Positions 14,400-26,015 of a DNA stretch of 64,000 nucleotides are shown here, one piece after another. The number at the start of each line of letters is the position of its first letter. Within the stretch, counting starts at the first letter, position 1. The notes under the pieces are model-generated. The model was not told the DNA's origin. It saw only the letters and a list, made by a program, of their open reading frames with translations, and did not search any database. Source of the DNA: Eledone cirrhosa (taxonomy: Eukaryota); contig OZ024747.1 in assembly GCA_964016885.1 (NCBI GenBank), positions 82,460,001 to 82,524,000 of the forward strand, in the 5' to 3' direction. The translations under genes and the position numbers were made by a program.

Positions 14400-15637
14400 A
14401 TACATATATATATATATATGTATGTATATATATCTGTATGTAAATGCGGTATGGTTGTGTGTATGTGTTTGTGCGCACGCGCATTTGCTCCTTACAAGTA
14501 GTTAGCTTGGTATATTGGCATAATAACAAAAACCTTTATCAGCTGTTACGAGGTAGAGACTACAAAAGCCAAGGATTTCTTTATTGATGAGACTGACACA
14601 TGACCGTATTCGACAAAAAATGGAGAGGTGGCTGTGTGGTTCTCTTTTATTGACTTTGTGATGAATCTTTATTTCCGGTGCACATCATAGATCTTATAAT
14701 TCTAATTCCTTTTTTTGCCCCTTAAGCTCCTATCTAATTTGTTTTACCATTTAACGAGGGTCTATTTAAGGAGCATGCAAAAATGTCTTGATCTTGCTGA
14801 AAGCGGGTTGGTAACTGTCCAGGAAATTACTGCTAATACTACAATTAATTTATAAGAAACAACGAACGCATTCACCACAATTAGGCTCACACACACACAC
14901 ACACATGGACAATAGTGAATACACTCTTATTAACATATATACATAAGACTAAACTTTAAAAAATATCTTAAAAGCATACGCATACAATTTCATATACGTA
15001 GAGAAGTACACCCTCTCTTTCTTTCGATTTATTTCTCTGGGACACACACTTATTCATACACAAACATAAAGTAACTACACACGTGTAAAGAAAAATATAT
15101 CACACAAGATGTTCTAATCAAGAACAAGAATACATACATACACAAACACACATATGTAATGCATTCATTTGCACACGTACATATATTCACACATGTAATC
15201 GCATGCATATACACGCTCAGACAGAAAAGCTGGTACGATGGGATACAAGAAACTTCATGAAGAACAGCGAATCAATACTTATCAGTCTTAATAATATTCG
15301 ATGTCCGTGTCTGCCAGCATCACTGTGTACACAAAAGGCAAACAAAACAAACAAAGTCGATCAATATGGCGGTGAGTGTTCACCTCGACTTCTTCAATTT
15401 CTAACGGCTTTGACCTTATACATAACAGCACTAACCAACAGTCTCGTTCCTTGATAGATATTGACTAAAAAGACTAAGAAGGCGTGTTGAAATCCATCTA
15501 TCCATTCATTTATCCATCCATATATATATATATATATATATATATAGGCTTAAAAATAAGAATAAGAATAAGTTTACCTTATCTAGCAACTACACAGTCA
15601 CCCATTATTCTCCATATATTTTATATATATATACATG

Positions 15638-15684
<47 letters not shown>

Positions 15685-15686
<2 letters not shown>

Positions 15687-15899
15687 TGAAGGCGTGTGGC
15701 TGAGTGGTAAGAGAATTGGATTCACAATCATGAGGTTGTAAGTTCGATTCTTGGACCTGGCGATGCGTTATGTCCTTGAGCAAGACACTTTATTTTACGT
15801 TGTTCCTTCTACATGGAGTTGCGACCGATAGAAAGTATTAGCAATTGGAAAGACCAACAGAAACATTGTTTCCTCAGTCCGATTTGACGAAATTCGATC

Positions 15900-15903
<4 letters not shown>
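15685..15903 (+). mobile_element. tRNA-derived SINE family B
   Basis: GTGAAGGCGTGTGGCTGAGTGG...AGTTCGATTC...; colinear with 7664-7882; lies between (TG)n and (TA)n. Confidence 0.85.
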
Positions 15904-15935
<32 letters not shown>

Positions 15936-16334
15936 TGGAGAATTTAGGAATACGCATACAGTCTGAAACTTATATTTGCACCCAAAGTAAAACAATAGGA
16001 ATTATATATTTGGTACGTTTGGTTTGTGTTTCAAATTTCACCAATTACTTGAATGTAGAAAATTTCCGTTGGCTCGACTTATATTGCAAGATATTGATCT
16101 AGCGGTATGTATCAAAGTAATTTATTTGATGAAAGACTTGTTTTCAAACAGTGTAATATTATTCTCTAGGAAAAGATTAAACCAATCTTTATTGGTACTG
16201 GAAGCTCTCCCTGTGGTATCGATATGTTACACAGATAAAGAGTTCATGTATATAATTGGATAGATATGTCGGTGGATGAATAGAAGAGAGGGTATATTTG
16301 TGTTTATATCTGCGTCAGTATATAAAGTCATGCG

Positions 16335-16672
16335 GTGAATTGTCAGAACGTCGGATAGAATGCTAACAGGGATTCCCTCTGGCTCTCTGTGCTATCTGAG
16401 TTTAAATCCCACTGAAGTCAACTTTGCCTTTTATCCTAGGCATTTGAAAGTCCATCATCTTCTGGTCTCATCACAGAGAGATAGAGATAGATCGATAGAT
16501 AGATAGACAGGGAAAACTGGACAAGAAGAACTGACTCCAATACTCAACTAGTATTTTATTTATTAACCCCAAATAGAAGAAAGGCAACGTTGACCTTGGC
16601 GATATTTGAACTCAGAGTGAAGAGAGCTGGAACGATTTGATCCGACGCTAGAATGACTCTGCTCATTCGCCT
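16335..16672. mobile_element. Two older family-A-related SINE fragments in opposite orientation
   Basis: CTGAGTTTAAATCCC...CTTTGCCTTTTATCC on + (about 16396-16437); AAGGCAACGTTGACCTTGGCGATATTTGAACTCAG read on - (about 16580-16615). Confidence 0.65.
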
Positions 16673-16990
16673 TGCACTCACATATACAAACATTTACATT
16701 TATATATATATACTGCGTGTATCAAAAGGAACCAACCGGTTTCAAAAGACCTTTTAAAAATATCCTTTTAAAATCTGATGATTCTACTTGATACACCTTT
16801 GCCTGTCTGTGTGTGGGATATCGGTTTGTACGATCAGTAAACGATGTTCATAGCAACTTAATTATGTCGTAAATATAACAAAATAACCGCTATGTCTAAT
16901 AACTATAAAATGTATGTAATGCATATCTATGTGCCATTAGTTCCCTCTTTGTGTATCTCTCTCTCTATATATATATATATGGCTGTGTAA

Positions 16991-17024
<34 letters not shown>

Positions 17025-17031
17025 TTACACA

Positions 17032-17086
<55 letters not shown>

Positions 17087-18092
17087 CAGAACAGTAAATC
17101 CATTGATCAAAGCAGGAATAAAATACAATAAAAAAAAAACAATGTTAAATTATTCCGGTTTACGAAATGTTGAAATAAAAAAGTTATACCAAGAAGAAAA
17201 AACTGAAAATAAACAAAACGTAAAAAGCAGTAAAATAAAAACAGAGGTCAAGAAAAGAAAGACGTCCATATTTTTTGTACAGAGAAAACATCTGATGTTA
17301 CCAGAATAACGTGACATAACGTATTTATGCTTCACATAACGTATTATTAATAACAGATATATTTAATGCAAGTTCTTTTAGGCAATGGGAGAAAAATACG
17401 ACAACTCTCTCATAGCATTTATGGCAATTAAAGGAATTAAAGGAATGATGGCTGTGTAACCTTTAATATGCTGCAGTCAGTGAGCGAATTTAACAAATCT
17501 TATTTGAAGGATCCAGATCCTACTGTTTATGCACCAGTGAAGAATTCTGTATTGCCATGTTTCACTTTAATTTAATATGCTAATTTAGAAACTATATGAC
17601 CAAACCAAGTTTCGTTCTAAAGACTTTAATCTATATACAGGCTGATTAGCTTGCAAATTTATATGTGGAATTAATTTAATTTTTTTCTTCGTCTTTTGAA
17701 AGCTCCCCGAAGATCCATAATTTCCCTTTTCTAACCGATAATTTTCTGGAAAAATTCTCTCTGGTAACTAACTGCGTTATTCAAAGGTATGTCGCATACA
17801 TACGCCCACGTACATACACACACAGCATATCTAAACGGTAACTACCACTGCAAATATGAAATTTTGGAGTAGGGATACATTTACTTTGTTTATCATCCTG
17901 ATACATACAAAATATCTGTAGATTTTCATTTTGTAAATGCTATACGGAATCTGTATGTATGTATGTTGGTCCTAATAGAGTGGTAGGGGCGCCGTATTGA
18001 CATACGGCGTTTCTTGAACATTTTAAAGCTGGTGGAACCCATCCCTCTCCAGGCCTGAGTACAGCAGATTTCTTCCACAGAATGGAAGGATC

Positions 18093-19078
18093 GATCCCAG
18101 TACTAGACTGGTATTTTTTATCGACCTCGAAAGGATGAAAGGCAAAGTTGACTTCGGCGGCATTTGAACTCCGAGAGCAGAGAGCCCGAACGAATACCGT
18201 AAAGCATTCTATCTGATGTTCTAACGACTCTGCAATTCTATCCTACGTTCTAACGACTCTACCATTCTATCTGACGTTCTAACGACTCTACCATTCTATC
18301 TGACGTTCTAACGACTCTGCCATTCTATCCTACGTTCTAACGACTCTGCCATTCTATCCTACGTTCTAACGACTCTGCCATTCTATCTGACGTTCTAACG
18401 ACTCTGCCATTCTATCTGACGTTCTAACGACTCTGCCATTCTATCCTACGTTCTAACGACTCTGCCATTCTATCTGACGTTCTAACGACTCTGCCATTCT
18501 ATCTGACGTTCTAATGACTCTGCCATTCTATCTGACGTTCTAACGACTCTGCCATTCTATCCTACGTTCTAACGACTCTGCCATTCTATCCTACGTTCTA
18601 ACGACTCTGCCATTCTATCCTACGTTAACGACTCTGCCATTCTATCTGACGTTCTAACGACTCTGCCATTCTATCCTACGTTCTAACGACTCTGCCATTC
18701 TATCCTACGTTCTAACGACTCTGCCATTCTATCCTACGTTAACGACTCTGCCATTCTATCTGACGTTCTAACGACTCTGCCATTCTATCAGACGTTCTAA
18801 CGACTCTTCCATTCTATCTGACGTTCTAACGACTCTGCCATTCTATCAGACGTTCTAACGACTCTGCCATTCTATCAGACGTTCTAACGACTCTGCCATT
18901 CTATCCTACGTTCTAACGACTCTGCCATTCTATCCTACGTTCTAACGACTCTGCCATTCTATCCTACGTTCTAACGACTCTGCCATTCTATCCTACGTTC
19001 TAACGACTTTGCCATTCTATCCTACGTTCTAACGACTCTGCCATTCTATCCTACGTTCTAACGACTCTGCCAATTCGC
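18093..19078 (-). mobile_element. Family-A-related SINE whose head is expanded into a minisatellite
   Basis: Core and B box at 18093-18200; SINE 5' end (GCGAATTGGCAGAGTCG on -) at about 19062-19078; array in between. Confidence 0.85.
18205..19071. repeat. 29-bp minisatellite (CCATTCTATCCTACGTTCTAACGACTCTG)n, about 30 units
   Basis: Direct periodicity; CCTACG/CTGACG/CAGACG variants; two units with a 2-bp deletion. Confidence 0.97.
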
Positions 19079-19339
19079 TGCGTTTATACGGAATCCAGCA
19101 GCAGATAAAAACTATATTTATAATGACAACTCGAGGAGAACAAATATAAAAAGGGACTTCCTTAGAAAGCATGAGTTATTCAGCTGTCTAACCAATATTT
19201 AGATGTTTCGCCGATATATACCGTCATAACATCTGCACATATATTCACATATATAAATATGCACACATATGCTTCGTATATTTTGTGTCTAAGAAACTCC
19301 GTCCACGAGGAGCTGGTCAAATCGAGTTCATGTTAGAAG

Positions 19340-19420
19340 ACAGTTTTTTCTACATTGCGGCGCATTGAGATCGAACCCGGAATATGGTGTTTGTAAATCG
19401 AATCGTTTAGCTACAGCCAG
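19340..19420 (-). mobile_element. Degenerate tRNA-like SINE head (family C)
   Basis: Minus strand has GGGTTCGATCTC B box; resembles 44992-45095. Confidence 0.45.
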
Positions 19421-20029
19421 TATTAAGAGGAGACATAGTCAGTGAAAATGAGAAACATCTGGTGTCATTTAGATGTGTAATAAGTTCTCCAGTACATTTC
19501 TGTCGAATAAGCTGATATATACCTCGTAGATGTCAGCATAAGATACGTTGTAACCTCACCTTCATCTGAAAAGTTATTCATGTTATTCATCTAAAGGAAA
19601 ACAGATATTAGTGATAACAGATTAAATTTTCCATCGTATATTTCCCCCATGAATACAGATAGGCATCAAGGGTTTGTAATATATTACATGCAATTAACGT
19701 AGATTATTACACTGAAAAGTGCTTACAGTGACATTTTAAAAAAAATTATTGTAGCATCTAATTATATATTACATACTTGACTGAGGAAAGAGGTATCAAG
19801 CATCATGAAAATATTTATTTTAGCAGTTAAGCTCATGCAACATGACTTAAACATCACAATTCTAACATCTTAAAAGATGCAACATACAATAAGTTGAAAC
19901 TATGTTGAAATTATCTCTTCTTGGTGCTTTGAGAAAAGGATTGAACTCAACATTTCCTGTCTTTTATACTGTTAATGTCCATGTTGGGTTTATTTTTTGC
20001 GGTAAATAATGAAATTATTATTATTGTTA

Positions 20030-20250
20030 TAGGTAGATTGGTTGTGTCGTTAGAGCGTCAGACATTAAACTTCGTGGCATAGAGTTACGGCCCTTTATAT
20101 TCTGAGTTCAAATCCCGTCGGGGTTAGTTTTTCCTTTCGTCTTTACGAAGTCCATAAAATAAAGTACCAGTAACGCACTGGAGTCGATTTAATCGAATTT
20201 CTCCTCCCTCAGAAATTGTAGGCTTTGTGCTTAAATGAAGAAGCATAATT
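20030..20250 (+). mobile_element. SINE family A, long form, diverged
   Basis: B box GAGTTCAAATCCC, core and GTCGATTTAATCGA segment. Confidence 0.85.
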
Positions 20251-20293
20251 GTTGGTGGATAGGTAGTATCAGTAGAGCGTCGGACAACAGGCA

Positions 20294-20294
<1 letters not shown>

Positions 20295-20369
<75 letters not shown>

Positions 20370-20417
20370 TGTAGTAGTAGTAGTAGTAATAGCAGCAGCA
20401 GCAGCAGCAGCAGTAGT

Positions 20418-20467
<50 letters not shown>

Positions 20468-20540
20468 ATAGCAGCAGCAGCAGCAGTAGTTAGTAGTAGT
20501 AATAGTAGTAGTAGTAGTAGTAGTATCAACAGTAGTAGTA
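20295..20540. repeat. (AGT)n/(AGC)n trinucleotide microsatellite
   Basis: Direct. Confidence 0.95.
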
Positions 20541-20839
20541 GAGATGTTTTCATCTCAATTGGTTTTATACCAATTGATGTATTGTATTTCTTTTGCACTA
20601 ATCAGACGATATAGAAGAATATGAGGAACGTGACTAACTAGGGAAAAAACATAAAGAAGAAAGAACGGGAAGGGGAGGTAACTTTGAAATCTCATTGCCA
20701 AACTCACAACTGACCGTAGCTTAGCAAACTTCGTCATTTTGTTCCGTGTGATCTGCTTGCATGCAGTTTATTAGGAACTTCAAATAATACCGACTGCGGC
20801 CAAAACACTCTCTTATTGCCAAAAATGAAAGTCTATAGA

Positions 20840-21260
20840 GGCAGAGAAGGAAGAAAGAAAAAAGGTGGAGATGGACGTCAGAAATAGAGTAGAGGAAAAG
20901 GAAGAGAAGGGGTGACAGAGACTGAAAGAGGGACGAGGAAGAGAGGGGTGAGAGAGAGTGAGAGAAAAAGAGAGGGGGAAGAGAGGGTGAGAGAGAGTGA
21001 AAAAGAGACGAGGAAGAGAGAGGTGTGAGAGTGAGAGAGAGACGAGGAAGAGAGGGGTGAGAGAGAAAAAAAGAGACGGGGAAGAGAGGGGTGTGAGAGA
21101 GTGAGGAAGAACGAGAAAAATAGATAAACAGACAGATCGACAGGCAGACAGACAAAGAGAAAAAGAGGGCTATTGAAGAAGAAGAAAAAAAGGAGATAAG
21201 CAATAGAAATACAGAAGAGAAAGAAAGAGCAGAAAATAACGAGAGAGAAAGAGTGAGAGA

Positions 21261-21298
<38 letters not shown>

Positions 21299-21660
21299 GG
21301 AGAGGACAGCTATAGTGGTGAGGAAAAGAAAAAGGTGAGATGAGCGACATAAATACAGTAGAGTAAGAAGACCGGTGAGAGAGAGAGAGATCAGTAGTGA
21401 TATAATATAAAGAGTGGAATGTTCTGCCTCTGTGATCTAAGGAGAGAGAAGCAAAAGAGATGAGGTGAAAAAACATAAGACAGTTTGTCATGTAAAAAAA
21501 AAAAGCACCAAAATCCAAGAAGCAAAACGAGAGAAATATAGGAAAGGGAGATAAAGAGTGATAAAGGAAATAAAGGGAGAAAAGCAGAGAGGGAGGGGAA
21601 GAGAAGGAGAGGGAGAGAGAGGGTAGAAACGGGTAATAGAGGTGGGTTGAGGGGGAGAAT
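20840..21660. repeat. GA-rich low-complexity tract with degenerate GACGAGGAAGAGAGGGGTGAGAGAG units
   Basis: Direct. Confidence 0.85.
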
Positions 21661-21852
21661 AGTTGGTGGTGTATGCCAAGACATAATCAATGGCCTGTAC
21701 ACTGTTCTTCAACTATCATCTTCTACTGCTAATTTCAAGACAAGAGAAATGGTTCAATGAACGATATCAGCAATACCAAAAACATCTCTTCAGCCTAATC
21801 TCTCCAACACCACCACCTCCATCAGTACTAATACTACTATTAATAATACTAA

Positions 21853-22229
21853 TAATTGTTTCTACTTTTGGCACAAGGCCAGCAATTACACCCAGTGCAT
21901 TACTGGTACTTTATTTTATCGAACCCCCGTAAAGATGAAAGACAAAGTTAACCTCGGCGGGATTTGAACTCAGACCGTAAAGGGACGTAACTCTATGCTG
22001 AAAATCATGGCGTCCGACCCTCTACGGATACTGCCAATCCACAATAATTATTTCTACTTTTGGCACAAGGCCAGCTATTACCACAGTGTATTACTGGTAC
22101 TTTATTTTATCGACCTCGTAAGGATGAAATGCAAAGTTAAACTCGGCGGGATTTGAACTCAGATCGTAAAGGGCCATAACGCAAAGCATATTATCCGACG
22201 CTCTACCGATACTGCCAATCCACCACCCT

Positions 22230-22270
<41 letters not shown>

Positions 22271-22271
22271 T

Positions 22272-22336
<65 letters not shown>

Positions 22337-22742
22337 GTTTCTTATATAGGCACAAGGCCAGCAATTTTTGGGAAGGGGAAAGTCAATTAAATCGACCCCA
22401 GTACATTACTGGTACTTTATTTTATCGACCCCCGTAAGGATGAAAGGCAAAGTTAACCTCGGCGGGATTTGAACTCAGGCCGCAAAGGGACGTAACTATG
22501 CTGGAAAGCATGGCGTCCGATCCTCTACATATACTGAATAATAATAATAGTAATAATAATAATAATTGTTTCTACTTTTGGCACAAGGCCAGCAATTACC
22601 CAGTGCATTACTGGTACTTTATTTTATCGACCCCGTAAGGATGAAAGGCAAAGTTAACCTCGATGGGATTTGAACTCAGACCGTAAAGGGACGTAACTAT
22701 GCTGGAAAGCATGGTGTCCGACCCTCTACCGATACTGCCAAT
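21853..22742 (-). mobile_element. SINE family A, four head-to-tail copies separated by (AAT)n/(ACT)n
   Basis: Four occurrences of GGCACAAGGCCAGC...GAAAGGCAAAGTTAACCTCGGCGGGATTTGAACTCAG; third copy is the long form. Confidence 0.94.
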
Positions 22743-23329
22743 TACCCAGAAAAAAAATAATAATGTATGCCCTCAGTATGCCCTCCCACCCATATAAATA
22801 TATTCATGCAACTAACGCCGCTCAAACAACCAAAACAACAACAACAACCACAACTAACAACTAACTAACAAATTAATAAATAATGGCGAATTTCATTATC
22901 GCCGTTCTTTTTAGAATTTAAATAATCTTTCATGTTTAAATAACTGCCAGAAATTTCAACACATACCGATAATCATTTATACACACACAGATAAGCAATG
23001 TATGTTTGAGTACTCGTATGTGCCTGTACAGCCATTTTTTTATTAATGCATGTACATATTCATGTGCATTTTTGCAAGTCTGCATTTATTAATGCATGTG
23101 TTTGCATATGTTAGGCGTGAGTGTGTATATATGTGTATTATATAGAAATATTCGTCGTTTTGAAAATAGTAGTATTTATCATCACTGTAATACTTTCGAG
23201 GGCGTATGAGAGCGTAATTGTGTGAAATTGCAACATCTATTCTAGTGGGGCGACTGACGAACGAGATGTGTGTTGGTGTTACTGTTTTTCGTCCTGTTTG
23301 TCTTTTCCTCCTGCCCTGTGCATTTCCCC

Positions 23330-23412
<83 letters not shown>

Positions 23413-23458
23413 GGTATATATTGGATTGCCTCGGAAACATGACCTTATTATGTAACAA

Positions 23459-23532
23459 GCTGTCTGATGATGACACGACACTCGCGCACAGAACAGTGTG
23501 GCCAGTGTCGTCACTGAAATATATATCACAGC
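23459..23532 (+). ncRNA. Putative minimal type I hammerhead ribozyme in a (TA)n-flanked insert (23410-23584)
   Basis: GCTGT-CTGATGA-stem II (ACGACACT/AGTGTCGT)-GAAAT-ATAT-ATC^-ACAGC; stem I GCTGT/ACAGC. Confidence 0.7.
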
Positions 23533-23579
23533 ATTATTATTAAAGGACTTGAACATCTGAAACTACTTCGCTTTTCCTT

Positions 23580-23612
<33 letters not shown>

Positions 23613-23614
<2 letters not shown>

Positions 23615-23804
23615 CGAAGGAAATGTGGTAAGGAACCAGGTGGACCATAACGCACCAAAGTACTCAATACTTAGGGTAGTAGAGTGGGTAATAGGAACGA
23701 GTAGGACCCCGACGGCTGAGCTCAAGCCGTTTCGACGGCTAATTTTAGTCCAGAATTAGCCGTCGAAACGGCTTCAGCTCAGCCGTCGGGGTCCTACTCG
23801 TTCC

Positions 23805-23806
<2 letters not shown>
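23613..23806 (-). mobile_element. PLE-like fold-back element, family P, copy 1
   Basis: About 80-bp unique tail plus about 53-bp inverted arms; 3' half of hammerhead GAAACGGCT-TGAGCTC-AGCCGTC^GGGGTCC; (TA)n on both sides. Confidence 0.75.
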
Positions 23807-23890
<84 letters not shown>

Positions 23891-23979
23891 ATGTTATTTC
23901 ACTATAATACACTCTGTCTATCTCTACACTGCAGTAACTCCAAGTTTCACTCCCTGGATATATGTATATATATATGCGC

Positions 23980-24031
<52 letters not shown>

Positions 24032-24282
24032 AAAATATAAAACAATCAGATTATAGCTTAATACATTTAATTGCTGACGATCTTTTCTTCCAGACTGTCT
24101 GGAATCATCGGAGCATACACAATGTTTAAACAAGTAATTATAATCCTAGTCTTCGGAACATTCATAAAGATACATTACTATTGGCAGTGTCAGTGGTGAC
24201 ATCATATTGAAAAGCAAGAATGACAAAATGATATTATGTTATACAGATATCAAAATATTAGGAGCTGTTGTGAATATATATA

Positions 24283-24581
24283 TATATTATTCAAAATATT
24301 AATAAATGAAAAATATTCTCATAATCAAAATATATATTTTATTATACATATTTCAAAGGTACAAAGGTGTTTAAGTACGTTTTCATCAGATAAAATATAA
24401 GATTTGATATGCGACATACCGCTACGGTTTTGATTATTTAATTCCAATAGTGGCACTATTGGAATTGAATAATCTGATGAAAACGTACTTAAACACCATT
24501 GTACCTTTGAAATATGTATAATAAAATATATATTTTGATTATGAGAATATTTTTCATTTATTAATATTTTGAATAATATTA
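24283..24581. mobile_element. PLE-like inverted repeat (about 110-bp arms, 24283-24392 / 24472-24581)
   Basis: Near-perfect inverted arms, each with CTGATGA...GAAATATGTATA. Confidence 0.75.
24333..24399 (-). ncRNA. Putative minimal type I hammerhead ribozyme
   Basis: TATATTTTAT-CTGATGA-AAACGTAC..GTACCTTT-GAAAT-ATGT-ATA^-ATAAAATATA; 10-bp AU-rich stem I. Confidence 0.7.
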
Positions 24582-24680
24582 AATACTCCAGGAAAACACT
24601 GTCGAGTGCTTCTAATCTATTGTAAAATTGTATTCGTTGAATAATCAACGAACTATATTAATCTTTGGTTATATATATAT

Positions 24681-24868
24681 AGGAAAAGAATCAGGACCCC
24701 GACGGCTGAGCTCCGACCGTATCGACAGCTAGATCCGGATCTAGCTGTCGATACGGCCGGAGCTCAGCCGTCGGGGTCCTGATTCTTTTCATATTACCCA
24801 CTCTACTACCCTAAGTATCGAGTAATCTGGTGCGTCATGGTCCACCTGGTTCCTTACCACACTTTCTT

Positions 24869-24870
<2 letters not shown>
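24681..24870 (+). mobile_element. PLE-like fold-back element, family P, copy 2
   Basis: Spacer-less palindrome centred on AGATCCGGATCT (24731-24742), then the family tail; (TA)n flanks. Confidence 0.75.
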
Positions 24871-24911
<41 letters not shown>

Positions 24912-25093
24912 TGTGTGTGTGTGTGAGTGTGTAAATGCATATATACGTGTGTGTGCGTGTGAATTATTTATGGTTGCGCGTGTCACGTTAGTTTAAATAT
25001 ATGCGTGACAGTTCACATTTAAGTTATCCAGTATTTCGTATGTCGAAAGCTGTAACACACCACACATAAACTGATAAAAACCACGCCATATAC

Positions 25094-25191
<98 letters not shown>

Positions 25192-25478
25192 AACATTTCC
25201 AACATAGATTAGTAATACAATTATTAAATTAAAATTACAACTTATATTCAAATCCCGTAAATGGAATGTTTTATCCAGTGAACTAGAGTAACAAAATTGA
25301 ACTGGATTAATCTAATGGAAATAAAGAAGTATGTGTTTCTCCATTGACAAACCGGAAGATCGAAATACACAGTGCTTTGAAACGTTAAGCCTCAGAAATA
25401 AATCCATTACCATAAAAAGAAAAATAATTTATTTACGACAGGTAAAAAGCAGTAGCTCGTGTGAACTGCTAAGCAACA

Positions 25479-25676
25479 GCAAACCAGTCAACCTCTAAAA
25501 ACCCAAACGGAGAGCACCATGAAAAAAAGGGCCTCAAAATGGGGAGAAATTAGGCAAAATGTGGAAATTTTACATAACGAAAGCTAAACCCATTTTCACA
25601 AGAGAAGATATCTCTTACCCTCCCCCAAAGGGGGTGGGAGATCTCTCCGTCAGACTTAGAGAGTTGACAGGTCTGC
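25479..25676. mobile_element. Possible MITE
   Basis: Imperfect inverted ends GCAAACCAGTCAACCTCTAA..ACGGAGAG / CTCTCCGT..TTAGAGAGTTGACAGGTCTGC; no clear TSD. Confidence 0.4.
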
Positions 25677-25859
25677 AATAGCTATAATGGAACATCAGTC
25701 AAACATAATAAAATTAAAATGTATAGCTCTATAATTATCGAGTACTCATTGCTTCATTTGTAACATAATCTTATAAAAGCAATATAATAAACACATACGT
25801 ATCCATACGTTGGTAGTAATAAACGAATGACTACACGATACATATAGTGTATAACTATT

Positions 25860-26015
25860 GCCACACTTTGCAGCATAGAGTTACGTCCCTTTACGGACTG
25901 AGTTCAAATCCCGCCGAGGTTAACTTTGCCTTTCATCCTTACAGGGTCGATAAAATAAAGTACCAGTAATGCACTGGAAATTGCTTGCCTTGTGCCAAAA
26001 GTAAAAACAATTATA
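25860..26015 (+). mobile_element. SINE family A, 5'-truncated short form
   Basis: B box, core and 3' end present. Confidence 0.9.

Noticed and set aside
15360-15380. ATGGCG|GTGAGT as a + strand first coding exon
   Set aside because: Motif alone; no promoter evidence or compatible downstream exon identified.
18205-19071. CRISPR-like 29-bp repeats
   Set aside because: Contiguous units with no spacers, no cas genes, eukaryotic context, and SINE-derived.
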